Below, in pieces: positions 13,901 to 27,640 of a stretch of 64,000 nt of DNA (positions within the stretch are counted from its first letter, which is position 1; every line of letters starts with the position of its first letter). Under the pieces are notes generated by a model. The model was not told the origin of the DNA. It searched no databases and saw only the letters and a program-made list of their open reading frames with translations. A program made the translations under genes and the position numbers. Source of the stretch: Nemertoderma westbladi (Eukaryota; Animalia; Xenacoelomorpha); NCBI GenBank assembly GCA_032718475.1, contig JAUCBJ010007430.1:1-64000 (forward strand), read 5' to 3'.

Positions 13901-15247
13901 CCTTCGCTCTATAATGGCTCAACCCGATATCCACGCACCTGTAGTCTTCGCTATCAACCTGGCAAGAGATTCTGTAACCCCAATGGGGCGCGAGCTAGTC
14001 AAATTATTAAATCACACCCTGACAACAGACCGGAACAGACTCCTCTCAAAGGTGATTTCCAACACCGAATCCACACAAAGGCAGGTCTACAAGGAGATCA
14101 ACCCCAGACTGAATACATCAAATATATACTCAGCTAATTATGCCACGATTCATAAGGAGCACCAAAGGAAAGCATGGACTCGCTTCCGTCTCATGGCCAC
14201 TCACCTAGCTGTTGAGACCGGAGGATGGTCGAGAATTCCACCCGAACGTCGTATTTGTAAGTGCGGTGTGGTACAAACCGAAGCCCATGTAGTGACAACA
14301 TGTCACTTGCTTACCCCGTTACGAAACTCATACCCTCACCTAGATTACACTTCATTAGGCAGTTTCTTTGAATCGAATGACCGCGAATCTTCATTGGCCT
14401 TCTGCTACGAAGCTCTTCATGAACTAGAGCCTTAGTAATTCATCATACCTATGACACGTGCCTATTATCGGCACTAAAATTTTATCACTATAGAGCTAAC
14501 CATATTTACCTCTGATTGTGTTTATCACACACGTACGTATTTATTTATTTAATACTTTTACCTATTGTACCTGCTGTACTAGTCATATCATTCGTGTCTC
14601 CGTGCATAATTTATTATTACAATATTACTTAACACGTTATTTCGAAATCGTTCTGGGCTTATAAATTTTTGTTATTGCTAGATATTTTTGACACTACCTT
14701 AACTCGTTATTTCGTAATCGTTTGCTTACTGATTTTCGTTAGTGCTAAATTGTATATGACACTACTGTTACACAGTATTTCTAATAGGTTATTTTGTCGT
14801 TCCACCAACTTATTGATTTTTGATATCGCTAATTATTGTATTTGACACTACACCGTACAGTAATACGTTATTTTTGTACTCATTCCTGGCTTATTGATAT
14901 TTGCTTATTGATATTTGTTCTCGCTATTTATTGTATTTGACACTACTGTATAATACGTCATTTTGTACTCGTTCCCGGCTTAGTTAAAGAGTTTGTTTGT
15001 TATTATATTTATTATATATTTTACGCGTAGTAATTTATAGTTTTGTTTATATAGGTATTCATTCCGAATATAGTAATTTATTTAGTTTTTCCTTCTACAG
15101 TACTTTGATTAAATGTATTATATTATCTATTCTGTCTGTTTCGTGTCCCTTTAAACTGAATATTTTTTTGCTGGACTTAATGGCTTTCCTGTGGCGTACT
15201 TTCAATATTATTATTTACCCCATTTAGTCAATAAATAAATAAAATAA
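10933..15247 (+). mobile_element. 5'-truncated APE-RT LINE (RTEX/L2-group-like) inserted antisense in A
   Basis: ORF1 C-terminal remnant at 10933-11370, ORF2 APE-RT, ~800 bp 3' UTR and an (AAAT)n tail at ~15230-15247. A pol sequence resumes on both sides. Confidence 0.88.
11370..14435 (+). pseudogene. LINE ORF2: AP endonuclease, reverse transcriptase and C-terminal cysteine motif (stops/frameshifts)
   Basis: LLQE, GGVA, GDLNSR, IDR, SDH (APE); KAAGPDG, FVDFSTAYD, GVLQG, LMDD, YVYLG (RT); RFRL..HLAVETG..RICKC..EAHVVTTC. Confidence 0.9.
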
Positions 15248-18200
15248 TAATCCGTCGTGTCTATCCTTTGGCTTGTCGCCACCTGTAAACTCATAAGACA
15301 TAGGTACTCGTGTATACCAACCTAATATAGTCCTATGGGCGTGTGGTCCATTTACATGCGGCTCATCTGGTCTCGTTTCCCATATTTGGTGCGCGATCAG
15401 CTGTTCTGCACCAATTAACATAAATACATTCCTATAACCTACCTGGTGTCTCGGTATTCTGAGCTTGTCAAATTACTCCTGTGCTATGGGACTCATCAGT
15501 GGCACCTTACCTAACTGCCTGCCGAACCCTTTCATAGCTAGACACTTAAATCCATCTAATGGCAACGCTCTCCGTTCTTGGCAAGTGTGCTGGTCTCTCG
15601 GGAGTAGGGAATCTAGTTCTACCGAAATCTTGTGTCCCTTGAGGTCCCCTACCCCGTGCATGGAATTTAACTCAATTTGGATCTCCTCGGCGTCCTGGAA
15701 GCTGGAAACGGCTCTCGCCAGTTCCTCGTCTATATATGACAATGTGGACGCAGTGTCCAACATCACATATATTCTCTTCGATCCCTTGTCTCCGGTAAGT
15801 TTCACCGGAATCACGCTGAATATCTCCGATGTGGCCGATGACAAATACGTCCGAGCGCTGGTCGATGAACTATCCGCGGTGAACCCTTGGCAGGTCACCT
15901 CTCTCGCGCTCGCCTCGCCATCCTCGTCCGACGAACCTGGTTGATAACCATCGCCCTGAATGCCGGTGTATGTATTTCTCCTTATCGTTACAGGATCTCT
16001 GCTCCCCTTCCTTTGAGGATTTCTCTGTAGGTAACGGTCCGTTGGGGTATGGAAATCCGCATGTAGCAACCTGTGATGTAGTCTGCTGCATTGCATACTC
16101 TCGACCATACTGACCATACTCTCGAGTCTGATATAAAGGCAGGGGTACTCGAATTATATCTGTCTACTGAGTTAAAAGTCACAGGGGTTCTGTCATCGTC
16201 AAAACTTACCATTGACTTACCGGTAACAGGTTTAGACTCCCTCATATTCTCTTCTGAGAAGTTTGATTTCATCTCTGCTACCGCATCTGTGGCTATCATG
16301 TCATGGATGTGTTGAAGTGTCAACATCTTCCCTTGACCCTCTAACTTATTCTCTAATTTGCGCCATTTCTGTCAGTAACGCATGTTTAAACGTCTTATTA
16401 TGCTCTTCAAAACTTCGGCGTGATCACCATGATGAGGTAGATTCACCGTCCTCAAGATGTCTAATGCGTTTGAAATAGCGTTCACTAAGTTCAACAGTTC
16501 TAATGGAGTTGTAATCCTTCCGCCCTTACCCAAGTCTTCCACTATCAACTGTGCCATCTTGGTTTTATTCCCGTAGATGTCGCTAAGTGTCTTCATAGCT
16601 AACTCAAATGCTCTTTCATTGCCGACGAAGTTGTCAGCAATGGCTCTAGGTTCTCGATGGAGCATCTGTAGCAGATAGTTGAACTTCTCGTTGGGAGTAA
16701 AGGTGCTGTTGGTCAGCTGTTCGTCGACATAGGTTTTAAACGTCCTCCAATGCCTATGGTTGCCCATAAACTTTTGGGTTTGTTGCGTCGGCAGTCCTTG
16801 CCTAGCGGCAAACTTACCTATGTCTCTAAGGGTTGCGTCGTTCCGGGTTAACAAATTATTTAGTTCTGCAGGGTTATTAAGTCTGGTCCTTTCCTGGGGA
16901 TTTAAACTTACGTGCTCCGTGTTGGTCCTTCTTTCCTTTCGGTTTTGGGACTTCTGCTGTCTCATTTCTTCCTCTTCATCGCTGGAGTCTGTGTCGGTCC
17001 TTAGTGCTCGTGTTGGTTTACGTGCCGAAGCCCTGACCCAGGCCTCCTGTATACATCTTTCCGCCGAATTTTCGAAGTTGGGATTATGAATCGTAGGGAC
17101 AGGCGTTCCTACCTGAGGTCTATGTGGTATAGTTGCCTCCGTTGCGTACTCGTTGACTAGGTTGGACTTTATCTAACTCAGGCCTGCTAGGATTAGAATT
17201 ACTTCTTACCTGGGCTGCTTCCTTCAACTGTAGGTTACTAAGCATGTCCATTATAGGTTGGATGTGCGGCGATATAGCTTGCGCTAAACTAGCACCTAAC
17301 TCCTCCCTCGTAATAAATTCCTGGCTAGGGTTCTGCTGTATTGTCGGCTCTATCTGAGTAATCCGCTGTCTCTCATATGATCACTCTTCCGGTTTAACCC
17401 GGAAGTTCTCTGTCAAACTGGGTCGGCTATCCGTCCGCGTATTCCAAACCAGCGGGTTCGGTTCGCCCAATACTCGGCCTCTCGGAGTTTCTTCTCTAAA
17501 CTCCCCATTGTCTCAATACTCGCTGCGTCGCGGTGCGCCGTCCTGATGCACGGATCCTGCGCGATGGGTGAAGCACTAATACCAACCGGCGTGCGATAAG
17601 TATAGAATGGTTTAGCGATCTGTTTACTCGTAATAGCTGGACCGGGTATAGGAATTCTGGTCGTGGTCGACTCGCGTATAGTCGGAGTTCTCGCCTCCTG
17701 TTCGGCCTTCTGCTGTGCGAACAGTTCTCGCAACTCGGTACCTACACTCGCCCCACATTCTTCTATCATTCGAATCCCCTTCTCAGCGATTTCATTCGCC
17801 TTCCTGGTCCGTTCTTCGCTCTCTAGGTTTAGCTCGCACTTTCCAACAGCGCCAATTTATGTTGTTCTTCTTCCCTCACTCGTCTCGCTGCGCTCTCTTC
17901 TTCCAATCGCGCCTTCTCTTCATACAATGCGCTTCGCTCCCTCTCGCGCTCGAGTTCACGCTCCTGGCATTCGTGTTCGAGTTGGAGTTCGCGTCTCCTT
18001 TGTTCGCGTTCCTTGGCTTCTCGTCCGCGTTCTTCGCGTTCGCGTTCGAGTTGGAGTTTGCGTTCTTCCTGTTTGCGTTCCGCTTGCTCACGCTTACTTA
18101 TGTCTTCCAACTCTCGCAGCTTCGCGTCTAACTTACGTGTGTGCTCCCGTTCCCGTTTGGCTTCCTTCCATGCTTCCGATGCACGCAAAACCTCTGCCTG

Positions 18201-19228
18201 TTGTTCGTCTAGTCGGCGTTTTCTCTCCTCCGCCGAGTTGTGAGAAACAAGGGATCTAGCGCATATAACCTTCCCTTGCGCGTGACTAACCTGAGAATCG
18301 CCGCTGTCTCTAGATGCGTCGTCGGGTGGAGTTAACGTCCTCTGTTGGATGTTGTCCGTCGTCGGTAGCACCTGACCAGGTACCACCACTCCACTCTGTA
18401 TCAACCAGCTAGTGACTTCCCTCTGATACTTTCGCTCTTCCTTGTCTTGGGTCTCTTCCCGCTCCACTAAGTTCCTCGACTCTGCGTCACTCACCTGAGT
18501 CGCCTGTTGTGATGCCCATAGCAACCAGTTTTCTGTTCTAACTCGTCAAATCGCTCCGATAATGCGCGGTGTTCTAACAAAGCCGCTAAATCCCTGTCGT
18601 AAACCCTCGTTGCCACGTCGCTCGACTGAGACTCCACTGCTATCTTCGCTAGGACTGCAAGCTCCTCCGTCTGTTTGAATAACGCTGAGTTGTATCCCTT
18701 TCTAATCTCTACTAACCCTTCCCTTCCGATGTTACCAGAGTCGGCTAGTATCTTCCTTACCTTGTCCGCCATCTGGTTTATATGTCCGGCATGCGCGCGA
18801 AGTTTCTTCTTTATCGCGATGTCTAGTTCTCTCTCGCTTACCTGACTCACACTCAGTGGACTTGAAGGATCATTACAGGAACTACGGGTACTCCTTACAG
18901 CTGCTGGGGCTACGGCACTTACCATGCCCACAGGTCTGGAAACCGGGCTCCGGGCTCTCGCTTCTGCTACACTACTCTCCCTATCACTCACCTCTGGCCG
19001 GGCTGCTGTGCAATCCTTGCTTACAGTAGCGGTAGGGGATCCTAATACTATTACTTCACCTGGCTCATCCTCACTGGTTACTGTCTCGTCCTCCTGTTCA
19101 CTTACATCAGCATCACTCGCTGCGTCGTCATAGTCGGCATTGTCATCAACAGTTATGTCAACACTGTTATCAGTCGGCGGTCCGGCCGCTATCTCATAAC
19201 TGTCCTCGTGCCTCCTTCTCTGTGACAC
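15248..19228 (-). pseudogene. gag: gag-protease of A (frameshifts; NC Cys-His region deleted relative to B)
   Basis: Near-identical to the B ORFs at 36634-40900. Coiled-coil N-terminus, QKFMGN..W..F capsid region, YVMLDTAS protease motif. Confidence 0.9.
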
Positions 19229-20387
19229 TCATTGTTCAAGTATATAATTATTTGCCTTCCGGCTAAAATCTCACAAAATTCGAGATATATATAATTTAGT
19301 CGAAAATACAAATAAATTATTTGTCAAATAATTATTTTGGTCTCAAATGCCAAAATACGAAAATAAATTCGCAATATAATATTGTGAATTTAAATATATA
19401 GTTATAGTAAATACCGGTATAATATTTAAACAAATATGTGGCTCTATAGCTATTATACAGCATTTAAATACCGGTATGACACGAAAATATTTTATGAATC
19501 TAATTCTAAAAATTCAAAAAAATGAATTAGTCACCCAAATATTTCTAACTTTATATATAGCTCAAAATCAACGTAATTTTATTTTTAAATATTATATATA
19601 TCCACTAGCGCATGGCTACACCTTCAGGTTGCGACACTCTCTCTCTCTCTCTCTCCAACTGAGCGATCCAAAACACCATGGCCGGCTAAACCTAACTATC
19701 CTAACTAATAAATTGAGTTCAGCTTCGCAGTTAAACAACCGGTAATTTTTTAATGCTTCCACAAATACAATGGTGCCAACAGAACAACTAACCTTGTTTG
19801 CTGTGAGATTCCACGTCCGCGTCCAAAGTCTCAGGCTCTTCACTGATTGCAAACCGAACCCGCAGGCCCACTCAAACCCCAAACTTAGAAGCTCCGTCTC
19901 GCCATGTATCTCCAGGTGGTATAAAACAACTAAGCGGTTATCTAACATACCGGTACAAAACTCTAGATTTTATTATAAAATAATTTTGACCGAAACTGAA
20001 TTCTCACAAACCTAGCTAAAATTTTCAAAAAACTTACTAATTTACAGTCTGCCCTAACGGCCTAATGAACTGCTGTATTTGCGATTAGTAAACGCACCAC
20101 TGTATATCTCACCGTACGCAGTACAGCAAGTAAAACAGTACACTAACCTAACAGCCTAAGTGAACACACTGTATGTCTTACTGTACGTAGTACTGCAGAA
20201 CAAAATATCGTTTTCTACTGTTCGCAGTACAGCAAGTCAGCCTAATGTACTACTGTATTGCGACTAGTGAATACACTCTTTACTGTTGCAAGCAACAGCA
20301 AATATCTCGTGTTCTACTGTTAAACAGGGGCGATCAGGAGCGTGTTATTACTACTACTGCACTACTGCTAAACACAAAACCGCTACT

Positions 20388-23050
20388 CACCGCTGGATGG
20401 CGCTAACCTGCCGTCCGCTAATATTTTTACTAATTTTATACGGCTCCTGCAAAATCGCTTGTTCCTTACTCTACCGATCGCTCGATAGAGAGCTAACTGT
20501 TCGAATCTATGAGCAACACGGGAATAACCAAAACAATAAACCCGAATCGGCTCCCTAAGCTACTTAAAACGAGTGTTAGAGGCTTACACTCAGAGTGTAT
20601 TTTTATCACCTAATCTTACAGTTAAAAAACGCGCAAATAAACGCGTCATTTCTAATCGCAAATACTGGGGTTCCCTAACGGAATATATGAATGTGAGAAT
20701 GTTTAAAATAACTCAAAGTGTGACAGAATGTCCTACCGGGACTGGTACTACGGGTCTAAACTTGCCTTCGGCTGGCTTTAGGCCAGTAACCTACTACTGC
20801 GTACTGGATACTGCTATCTAGCTTATTGTCCGCTAATTTCAAATAACCGCCTATCTAAGCATTTATAATTTAATCAGGCACACTTTAGCAATACACAAAT
20901 CAGTGTAACAATCAATAGCCAATACTTAACAGTTAGCAGTTCTCAATGTACAGTTTGCAGTGTAGAACACGAAGGCCTCTCCCGGGTACATATAGGCTTC
21001 CTAACTAACCCGATTCCTGCCCCCCTAACACTACAAAATAGAGACAAAATCTGGATCGTCAGCCCCCTAATTACTGTACCGGCGACTGGTCTTCTCTCTA
21101 CACTGCTACCGTAACGGCGCATGCAATCACAAACAGTCTGACAGTCTAAAGAAAATCCCATGGGATTATCGCATCTTAATCACATAGAACCATTAATCAA
21201 AAGGGTAGAAATCATAGTTCGGATTGTAATTTGCAGTAACCATCGAGATTGATTAAGAAACACAGCAAGGAATAAAGCAGAAATTACAAATTTGCGAATT
21301 ATTGCAAGAAACAAACTGTAGAGCAATTATCAAAAGACAGAAACTGTGGATACAGAATGAGAGATTATACACAGACTGAGAATGAGATTATGGATCGCAC
21401 ATACCGGAAATACAGCCAATTTATATGTGATTCATCGAGGATGATGCAATAATCCTCTGATTGGTTCCCCAATCCGCGCTACCATTAGACCAACCTGGAA
21501 GCAGCTAGGCCAATAAGGAAGCCGGATTGTGAACCTATTCCCCCTCAGAATCACAAATTACCACCATATATGGTAATATTGGCGTTGCTTAATTTAGCGG
21601 TACTAAAAGCACAGTACATGTGGCTGGCCACGAGAAAAGGGACCTTATGTCGCAAAACCTGATTCTGAGATAATCGCGTTTAAAGTTTCCCTCTATTTTT
21701 GAACAAATTTAATTGGATTATCGATTTAGAAATGTATAAAACGATGAGGGAAATTCAAATTGGTTCTGATATTCAATATACCTAGGAAATAACTGATTAC
21801 GGGAAGCAAGATAACATGTTGCAGTATTGTATATCCCACTGTTTTAGGGTTTTCATGTCTGAATTTAGGTCTGTAATAAAATTGTACTAACTGTAATATG
21901 TAGGTACTGTAGGCCTACAGTTATTTTTTAAATGCAATATGGCTGTCATTTTGTTAATTTCTGTTCGTTGGTTCTGAAAATTTGTAAGCACCTACTGCGA
22001 TATTAATTGACACTGAAGAATGAATCCCAGACTGTAATTTTCAATAGTCTTCCGCTAGGGGGCGATAATGTTCGAGAATGTAAATTGCTTGTCATTTTCT
22101 TAATTCCTGTCCGTTTGTTTTGAAATTTTGTAGAAACCTTCTACAATATAAAATTATACTGGAGAATTAATCCTAGACTGTAATATTCAATTGTCTGCCG
22201 ATAGGGCACGATAATGTTCTAAAATGTAAATTGCTTGTCATTTTGTTAATTCCTGTCCGTTTGTTTTGAAATTTTCTAGACACCTTCTACGATATGGGTG
22301 GGACAAGGTGGACAAACATCTACAACATTCCCAATAAAGAATTAAAAATACGAATAATTTTAAATTTTTAAAAAAAAAAATTTTTTGAAAAAAAATTATC
22401 TTTTTTGGAAAAAATTTTAAATTAAAAAAAATTTTTTTTGGATAAATGTTTTTTTTGAAAATTTTGAAAATGTTATTTTTAACAATATTAATTGAGCTGC
22501 CTAGCTATATAGTAAGAATTGCTATGATATTATTAATATTTTCCATTTTTTAAATAAAAATATTATTTTGAAAAGAGCTACCCGATTCACCTTCACATAA
22601 ATCGCTATAACTTTTTTTTGGAAATAGATATTGAGACACAGTTTTTTTTTGTTAAAATCTCTGGAAAATTCTGCATCTCATAGGCCTAATAACTCAAAAT
22701 CGACCTACGGTGACATAAGGTCCCTTTTCTCGTGGCCAGCCACACATAAAATCTAATTTAGCGCAAATAAAATAGAAATTAAAGCAAATATACAGTTAAT
22801 CCTATTGATACTAATAACAGCAAGCTTACATCAAGGGTTTTATAGGAAACTTGCTACTGTAGAACTATTTGTTTATATTTTATTACAAAATTACGTAGGT
22901 AGGACTACATACTGTACAAAATGGATAAAATTCACAAATATGGGCGTTTTACTTTCCTTATCTAAATATAATTGCGTGTCGTTATGGCTTATCTAAATGA
23001 TTATACTGTATAACGGCTAATATTGGTACACAGCGCCATATATCGTAACA
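20388..23050 (-). repeat. 5' LTR of A (minimum extent; interrupted by a MITE)
   Basis: Reverse complement of the B LTR sequence with indels; TGT start at 23050. The true 3' edge is not defined. Confidence 0.8.
21619..22744. mobile_element. MITE with perfect 33-bp TIRs inserted in the A LTR
   Basis: TGTGGCTGGCCACGAGAAAAGGGACCTTATGTC at the left and its exact reverse complement at the right. The B LTRs show the empty site (GTACATAAA). TSD is CA or ACAT depending on the boundary chosen. Internal ~145-bp repeats. Confidence 0.9.
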
Positions 23051-26000
23051 GTATGGAGTCTGGAAACACGGTTAAAGAATTACTGGACACAGGGCGCGAG
23101 GTTCGCGACATCCTGAAAGGATCCGGATTCAACCTGACCAAGTTTCAATCCAGCTCAGAGGAGTTTATGAAAGCCATAGAGGACAGGCGGCCAGAGTCGA
23201 CCATGGACAACCCCACAACAGCCAAGGGAATGGACATGGCAGACAAGAGAGTAGAGTCTCAGCAAAAGGCGCTGGGGATCGTGTGGAACTGGGAGACAGA
23301 CGAGTTCAAGTACCAACTGAGCCAGGAGGGTGCTGACATCCACACAAAGAGGGGCTATGTATCATACATAGCAAGGATATACGATCCCTTAGGCGTAGCA
23401 TCCCCACTGTTAGTCACGGGGAAACAGATACTTAAGAAAGTATATAAGTTAAAGGACGAGTGGGATACATAGGTCCCGGAAGAAATCAGTAAGCAATGGA
23501 GTAAGTGGACGGGAAATTTAGAACAGATGGGGACGTACAGCATGCCACGAGTGTATTTCCCGGACGGGGACATGACGGATCTGGACCTACACATGTTCTC
23601 CGATGCATCATAGGAAGCATACGGAGCGGCACTCCACCTAGTACAGCGAAAGGGGGCTCATAAGCCCAGACTTGCATTCAGTAAAGCAAAGTCGATGCCG
23701 CCAGATTCAGCATCAGTCCCGAAACTCGAGTTGACAGCTGCAAGATTAGGAGTAAGGGCCACAGCCTACTTGATGGACACTGTTCCCAACATAGTGGAAA
23801 AACACTACTGGACAGACTCCATGGTAGTGCTTGGATGGCTGCACAATGAGAAGACGAGATACCCTATATTCGTCGCTAATAGGGTGGACGAAATAAGGGC
23901 GACGACAGACTTAGAAAGGTGGCACTACTGCCCAATGGACGAGAACCCAGCAGACTTGTTATCGAGGGGCGTAGCATGCCACAATTTCTTAAAGAAGGAA
24001 GTGTTGTGGCAGCATGGGCCACACTTCCTGAACGATAGATCGGCCTGGCCATCAATGTAGAAGGTGGACCCGGGCTCAGAGGAAGTAGCACCAGGGGAGG
24101 AGGGAGAAGATTCAGAAGGGGAAGAGATATATAGTTAGATGGTGAGTGAGGTCAAGGAGGTGCAACCGAAATTAGAAGAGCCATGCGACAACCCGACAGA
24201 TAGGTTACTCAGCTACAGCTCCAGCTGGTACAAGACCAAGAAGTTGGTAGCGTACTGGAGGGCCTATGGGGATTTCCTCAAGGGAGTTGGCAAGGACGCC
24301 AAGAGGAAACCAAACATTGATCTGGAGGGAGCGGCTAAGGCCGTGATACAGTACGAACAGAGAAAGAACTACGGCGACGAAGTGGACCGAGTTAGCAAAC
24401 AACAACATCTTCGTCAGGACAGCGAGCTCATCACGCTGTCACCACAACTCAATGATGACGGGATTCTGGTGATGAATGCCAGAGTGCTGAATAACAACAG
24501 CCTTATCATCCCACCAAAACCCATTATCACCCTCAACAGATCGCCGATAGTCCACCAGATCATTTGGGACTCCCACAAGTCGATATTGCACGGAGGCACC
24601 AACCAGACCCTCACGAGATACGGAGGACCTTCTGAATCACGCAGCTAAGAAAGAAGTTGAAGGCAGTAGTGGGGCAGTGCCAGACCTGCCGATGGACGAG
24701 AAAGGAGCGCGCCGTACAGGGGTTGGCGCCATTACCGGCCAGTAGGGTGAGACATGGAGCCCATTTTGGCACTTAGAAGGATAATTGAAGAGTTATCAAA
24801 AAAGAAAGACAGGCATCTGGCTGTTATCTTTGTTGACTTCTTCAAGGCCTTTGATTCAGTCTCTCGCTCACGTATGTTCAGCATACTTTCATTATATTGG
24901 ATTCCTGATGAAATTATTGCAGCAATCAGATCAGTATACGATGGTTCGACAACATTTGTGTCTACTGTTGATGGTGACACAGAAGCATTTGAAGTGTTAT
25001 GGGGCGTCCTCCAAGGAGACACACTTGCACCATTCTTGTTCATTATTGGGGTTGACTATGTTCTACGCATGTCCTTAGATCATTATAATGATGATGGGGT
25101 GATGATAACTCCACCTACTGGCTCCAGAAGTCGAGGAGATCCTGCCAAGTACCTAACTGATCTAGACTTTGCTGATGACTTAGGAGTACTCTCAGAATCA
25201 TTAGAGGGAGTCCAACGGCTCCTCAGCTCATTAGAACATGCTGCTTCTAGTGTTGGTCTTTTTATTAACTCCAGAAAGACCAAAATTCTGACAGTTAACT
25301 TTGAAAGTCCTCAGCAAGTCTCTGATCGGATGAGCATAAGCTCAAATGATGGTATGCTTGAGCATGTGGACGACTTCTGTTACCTGGGATCATGGTTCCG
25401 GAAGTCATGTGAGGACCTTCGAATACGTAAGGGAAAGGCATGGGCAGCCTTGAATAGGCTTTCCAGGATTTGGAAGTCACCGAGAATTAATCGGAAACTT
25501 AAGGTCCGATTATTTAGAGCAGCAGTAGTTCCAGTGCTCCTCTACGGGAGTCCATGCTGGGCTCTAACTGCTGAGGACACCAAATCTCTGGATGGCACAT
25601 TCACAAGAATGCTACGCCGGGTTCATTGTGTCAAGTACAATGCACACATCTCCAACCAGACACTATATAACATTGGAGGTGTCTCATTGGTTCCCCCAAG
25701 CTTGACACTAGAACAAAATCGCCTCCGCTTTGCAGGACATTGCTTTCGCCGTGAGGACCAGCCAGTGCATAATCTTGTACTTTGGCAGCCTCATGGAGTG
25801 AATAAGCATGGTGGACAGCCCATGACTTTCTTGAGACGCATCTTAAAGGACACTGGCCTTAAAGATGCGGATGATCTAGCAAATGTCATGGGTGATAGGG
25901 AGTTGTGGCGGTGCAATTTTGTTGACAAGCCGGCACAGCATTCTTAAAAATGCAGCTGCAATGCAGCATGCCGATCCTAGTAGTAGTAGTAGAAGTAGTA

Positions 26001-26938
26001 GGGTGAGACAGCATGACCCACCATTCACACACTGCGGCGTAGACATGTTCAGGCTGATTAAGATCAAGGTGATGCGACACACGGAGAAACGCTACAGCAT
26101 CATCTTTGTATGTAACAACACGAGGGCGGTAGGAATAGAACTCGCCCAAGACACTACTGCATCGGCATTTATCAATGCCTTAGAGAGATTCAGAGACCGC
26201 AAAGGTGGAACGATCGCAGTGATCTATTCCGACAATGGAACCAACTTTGTGGGGGCGGAGAACGAGTTGGCGGAGGTCTTGGACATCCTAGAAGGGGAAG
26301 AGGTCAGGGCAGCCATGAGGAGACGACAGGTGAAGTGGGAAAGGAGGACGCCATATGCGCCACATACTTTAGGATGCGTCGAGAGACTTGTGGGTAGTTC
26401 CAAGCGTCTGATGACGAAGTTGATGAACACCCACATGGTGACAGAGGACATACTAAGGACGGTGCTAGCTAAGTGCGAGGGTATCATCAATAGCAGACCG
26501 CTATATCCAGAAAATTACGACCCAGAATCACTAGACGTGCTAACACCTAGCCACTTTCTGATGGAATGGCCGGCGACCATCGACATGCGGGGTGTAGACC
26601 CAGATGATATACACTCCCGACAGAGTTGGAAAGTCGCCAAGGTTATAGCGCAGAGTACTGGAGGAGGTGGGTCGAGTAAAACCTACCCACATTACAAGAG
26701 GAGGAGCAAGTGGAGAAACACCACTAGAGAGTTAAAGAAAGGTGATTTAGTGATTGTCACCGACGACACAATCATCAACAATCAGTGGAGGCTAGCAAGA
26801 GTAGTAGACACTTACCCCGACGAGGACGGAAGAATCCGATCGGTGGAAGTGGGGATAGGGGGTAAGATAGGTGCAAAGGACAGAAAGACCTACAGAAGGG
26901 CTGTAGGGAAGTGCTGCCTGTTAGAAGGGGCACCATAG
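23051..26938 (+). pseudogene. pol: pol of D (RT C-terminus, RNase H, integrase); multiple stops and an RTE insertion
   Basis: ORFs 23023-23472, 23695-24060, 24139-24648 and 25883-26938. Confidence 0.9.
24755..25996 (+). mobile_element. 5'-truncated RTE-clade LINE inserted in the D integrase
   Basis: 14-bp TSD AGTAGGGTGAGACA (24741-24754 and 25997-26010), very short 3' UTR and (TAG)n tail. The open RT ORF 24754-25947 has FVDFFKAFDS, GVLQGDTLAPFLF, DLDFADD, FCYLGS, LLYGS and RFAGHC. Confidence 0.93.
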
Positions 26939-27119
26939 AGTCTAGTCGTCCAAGTGTTGGACTGAGGGGGGTGGGATTGAGGGCGAGACGCCCTTCCCAC
27001 ACAAATATAAAAAAAATTAATAAAATAATAGAAAGAAAGTTAGCAAGTTAGAAAGAGAAAGTAATAGTAGATAGTACGTAGTAGTAAGTAAGTAGGCAGA
27101 TAGAAGTTAGTAAGAGTCA

Positions 27120-27640
27120 GTAGAGTAAGAGGGTACGCAGTACCGTTAGTAGAAGTTAGTAAGAGTTAGTAGAGTAAGAGGGTACGCAGTACCTTTAGTA
27201 GAAGTTAGTAAGAGTTCGGGTGCAAGAGGGTATGCAGTACCGTTAGTAGAAGTTAGTAAGAGTTAGGGTGTAAGAGGGTACGCAGTACTGTTAGTAGAAG
27301 TTAGTAAGAGTTAGAGTGTAAGAGGGTACATAGTACCGTTAGTGAAGTTAGTTAGAGAGTAAGAGGGTACATAGTACCATTAGTGGAGTTAGTTAGAGAG
27401 TAAGAGGGTACGTAGTACCGTTAGTGGAGTTAGTTAGAGAGTAAGAGGGTACGTAGTACCGTTAGTGGAGTTAGTTAGAGAGTAAGAGGGTACGTAGTAC
27501 CATTAGTGGAGTTAGTTAGAGAGTAAGAGGGTACGTAGTACCATTAGTGGAGTTAGTTAGAGAGTAAGAGGGTACGTAGTACCGTTAGTGGAATTAGTTT
27601 GAGTTGTAAGAGGGTACGTAGTACCGTTAGTGGTGTTAGT
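27120..27640 (+). repeat. Tandem array of about 12 units (41-49 bp), each with a GGTAC-nnn-GTACC hairpin, in the D 3' region
   Basis: GTAAGAGGGTACGTAGTACCGTTAGTGGAGTTAGTTAGAGA-type units. Confidence 0.9.

Larger units (their letters stand above)
1630..23050 (-). mobile_element. BEL/Pao LTR retrotransposon copy A (degenerate; 5' LTR-gag-pol-extra ORF3; 3' LTR missing; three nested insertions)
   Basis: LTR starts TGTTACGATATATGGCG on the minus strand at 23050, the same start as the B LTRs. Order is gag-PR-RT-RH-IN. Colinear with B in the opposite orientation; similarity to the B 3' UTR stops near 1630. Confidence 0.92.

Noticed and set aside
17663-18259. Antisense and alternate-frame ORFs over gag (also 37604-38218 and 31575-32267)
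   Set aside because: Shadow frames of repetitive coiled-coil or biased coding sequence.
19616-20015. ORFs conserved between the A and B 5' leaders (also 35874-36132)
   Set aside because: Explained by high nucleotide identity of the two copies; lengths differ and no domain motifs are present.
27120-27640. CRISPR-like array of palindromic repeats (also 47770-48820)
   Set aside because: The spacers are near-identical low-complexity linkers, there are no cas genes, and the context is a eukaryotic retrotransposon.
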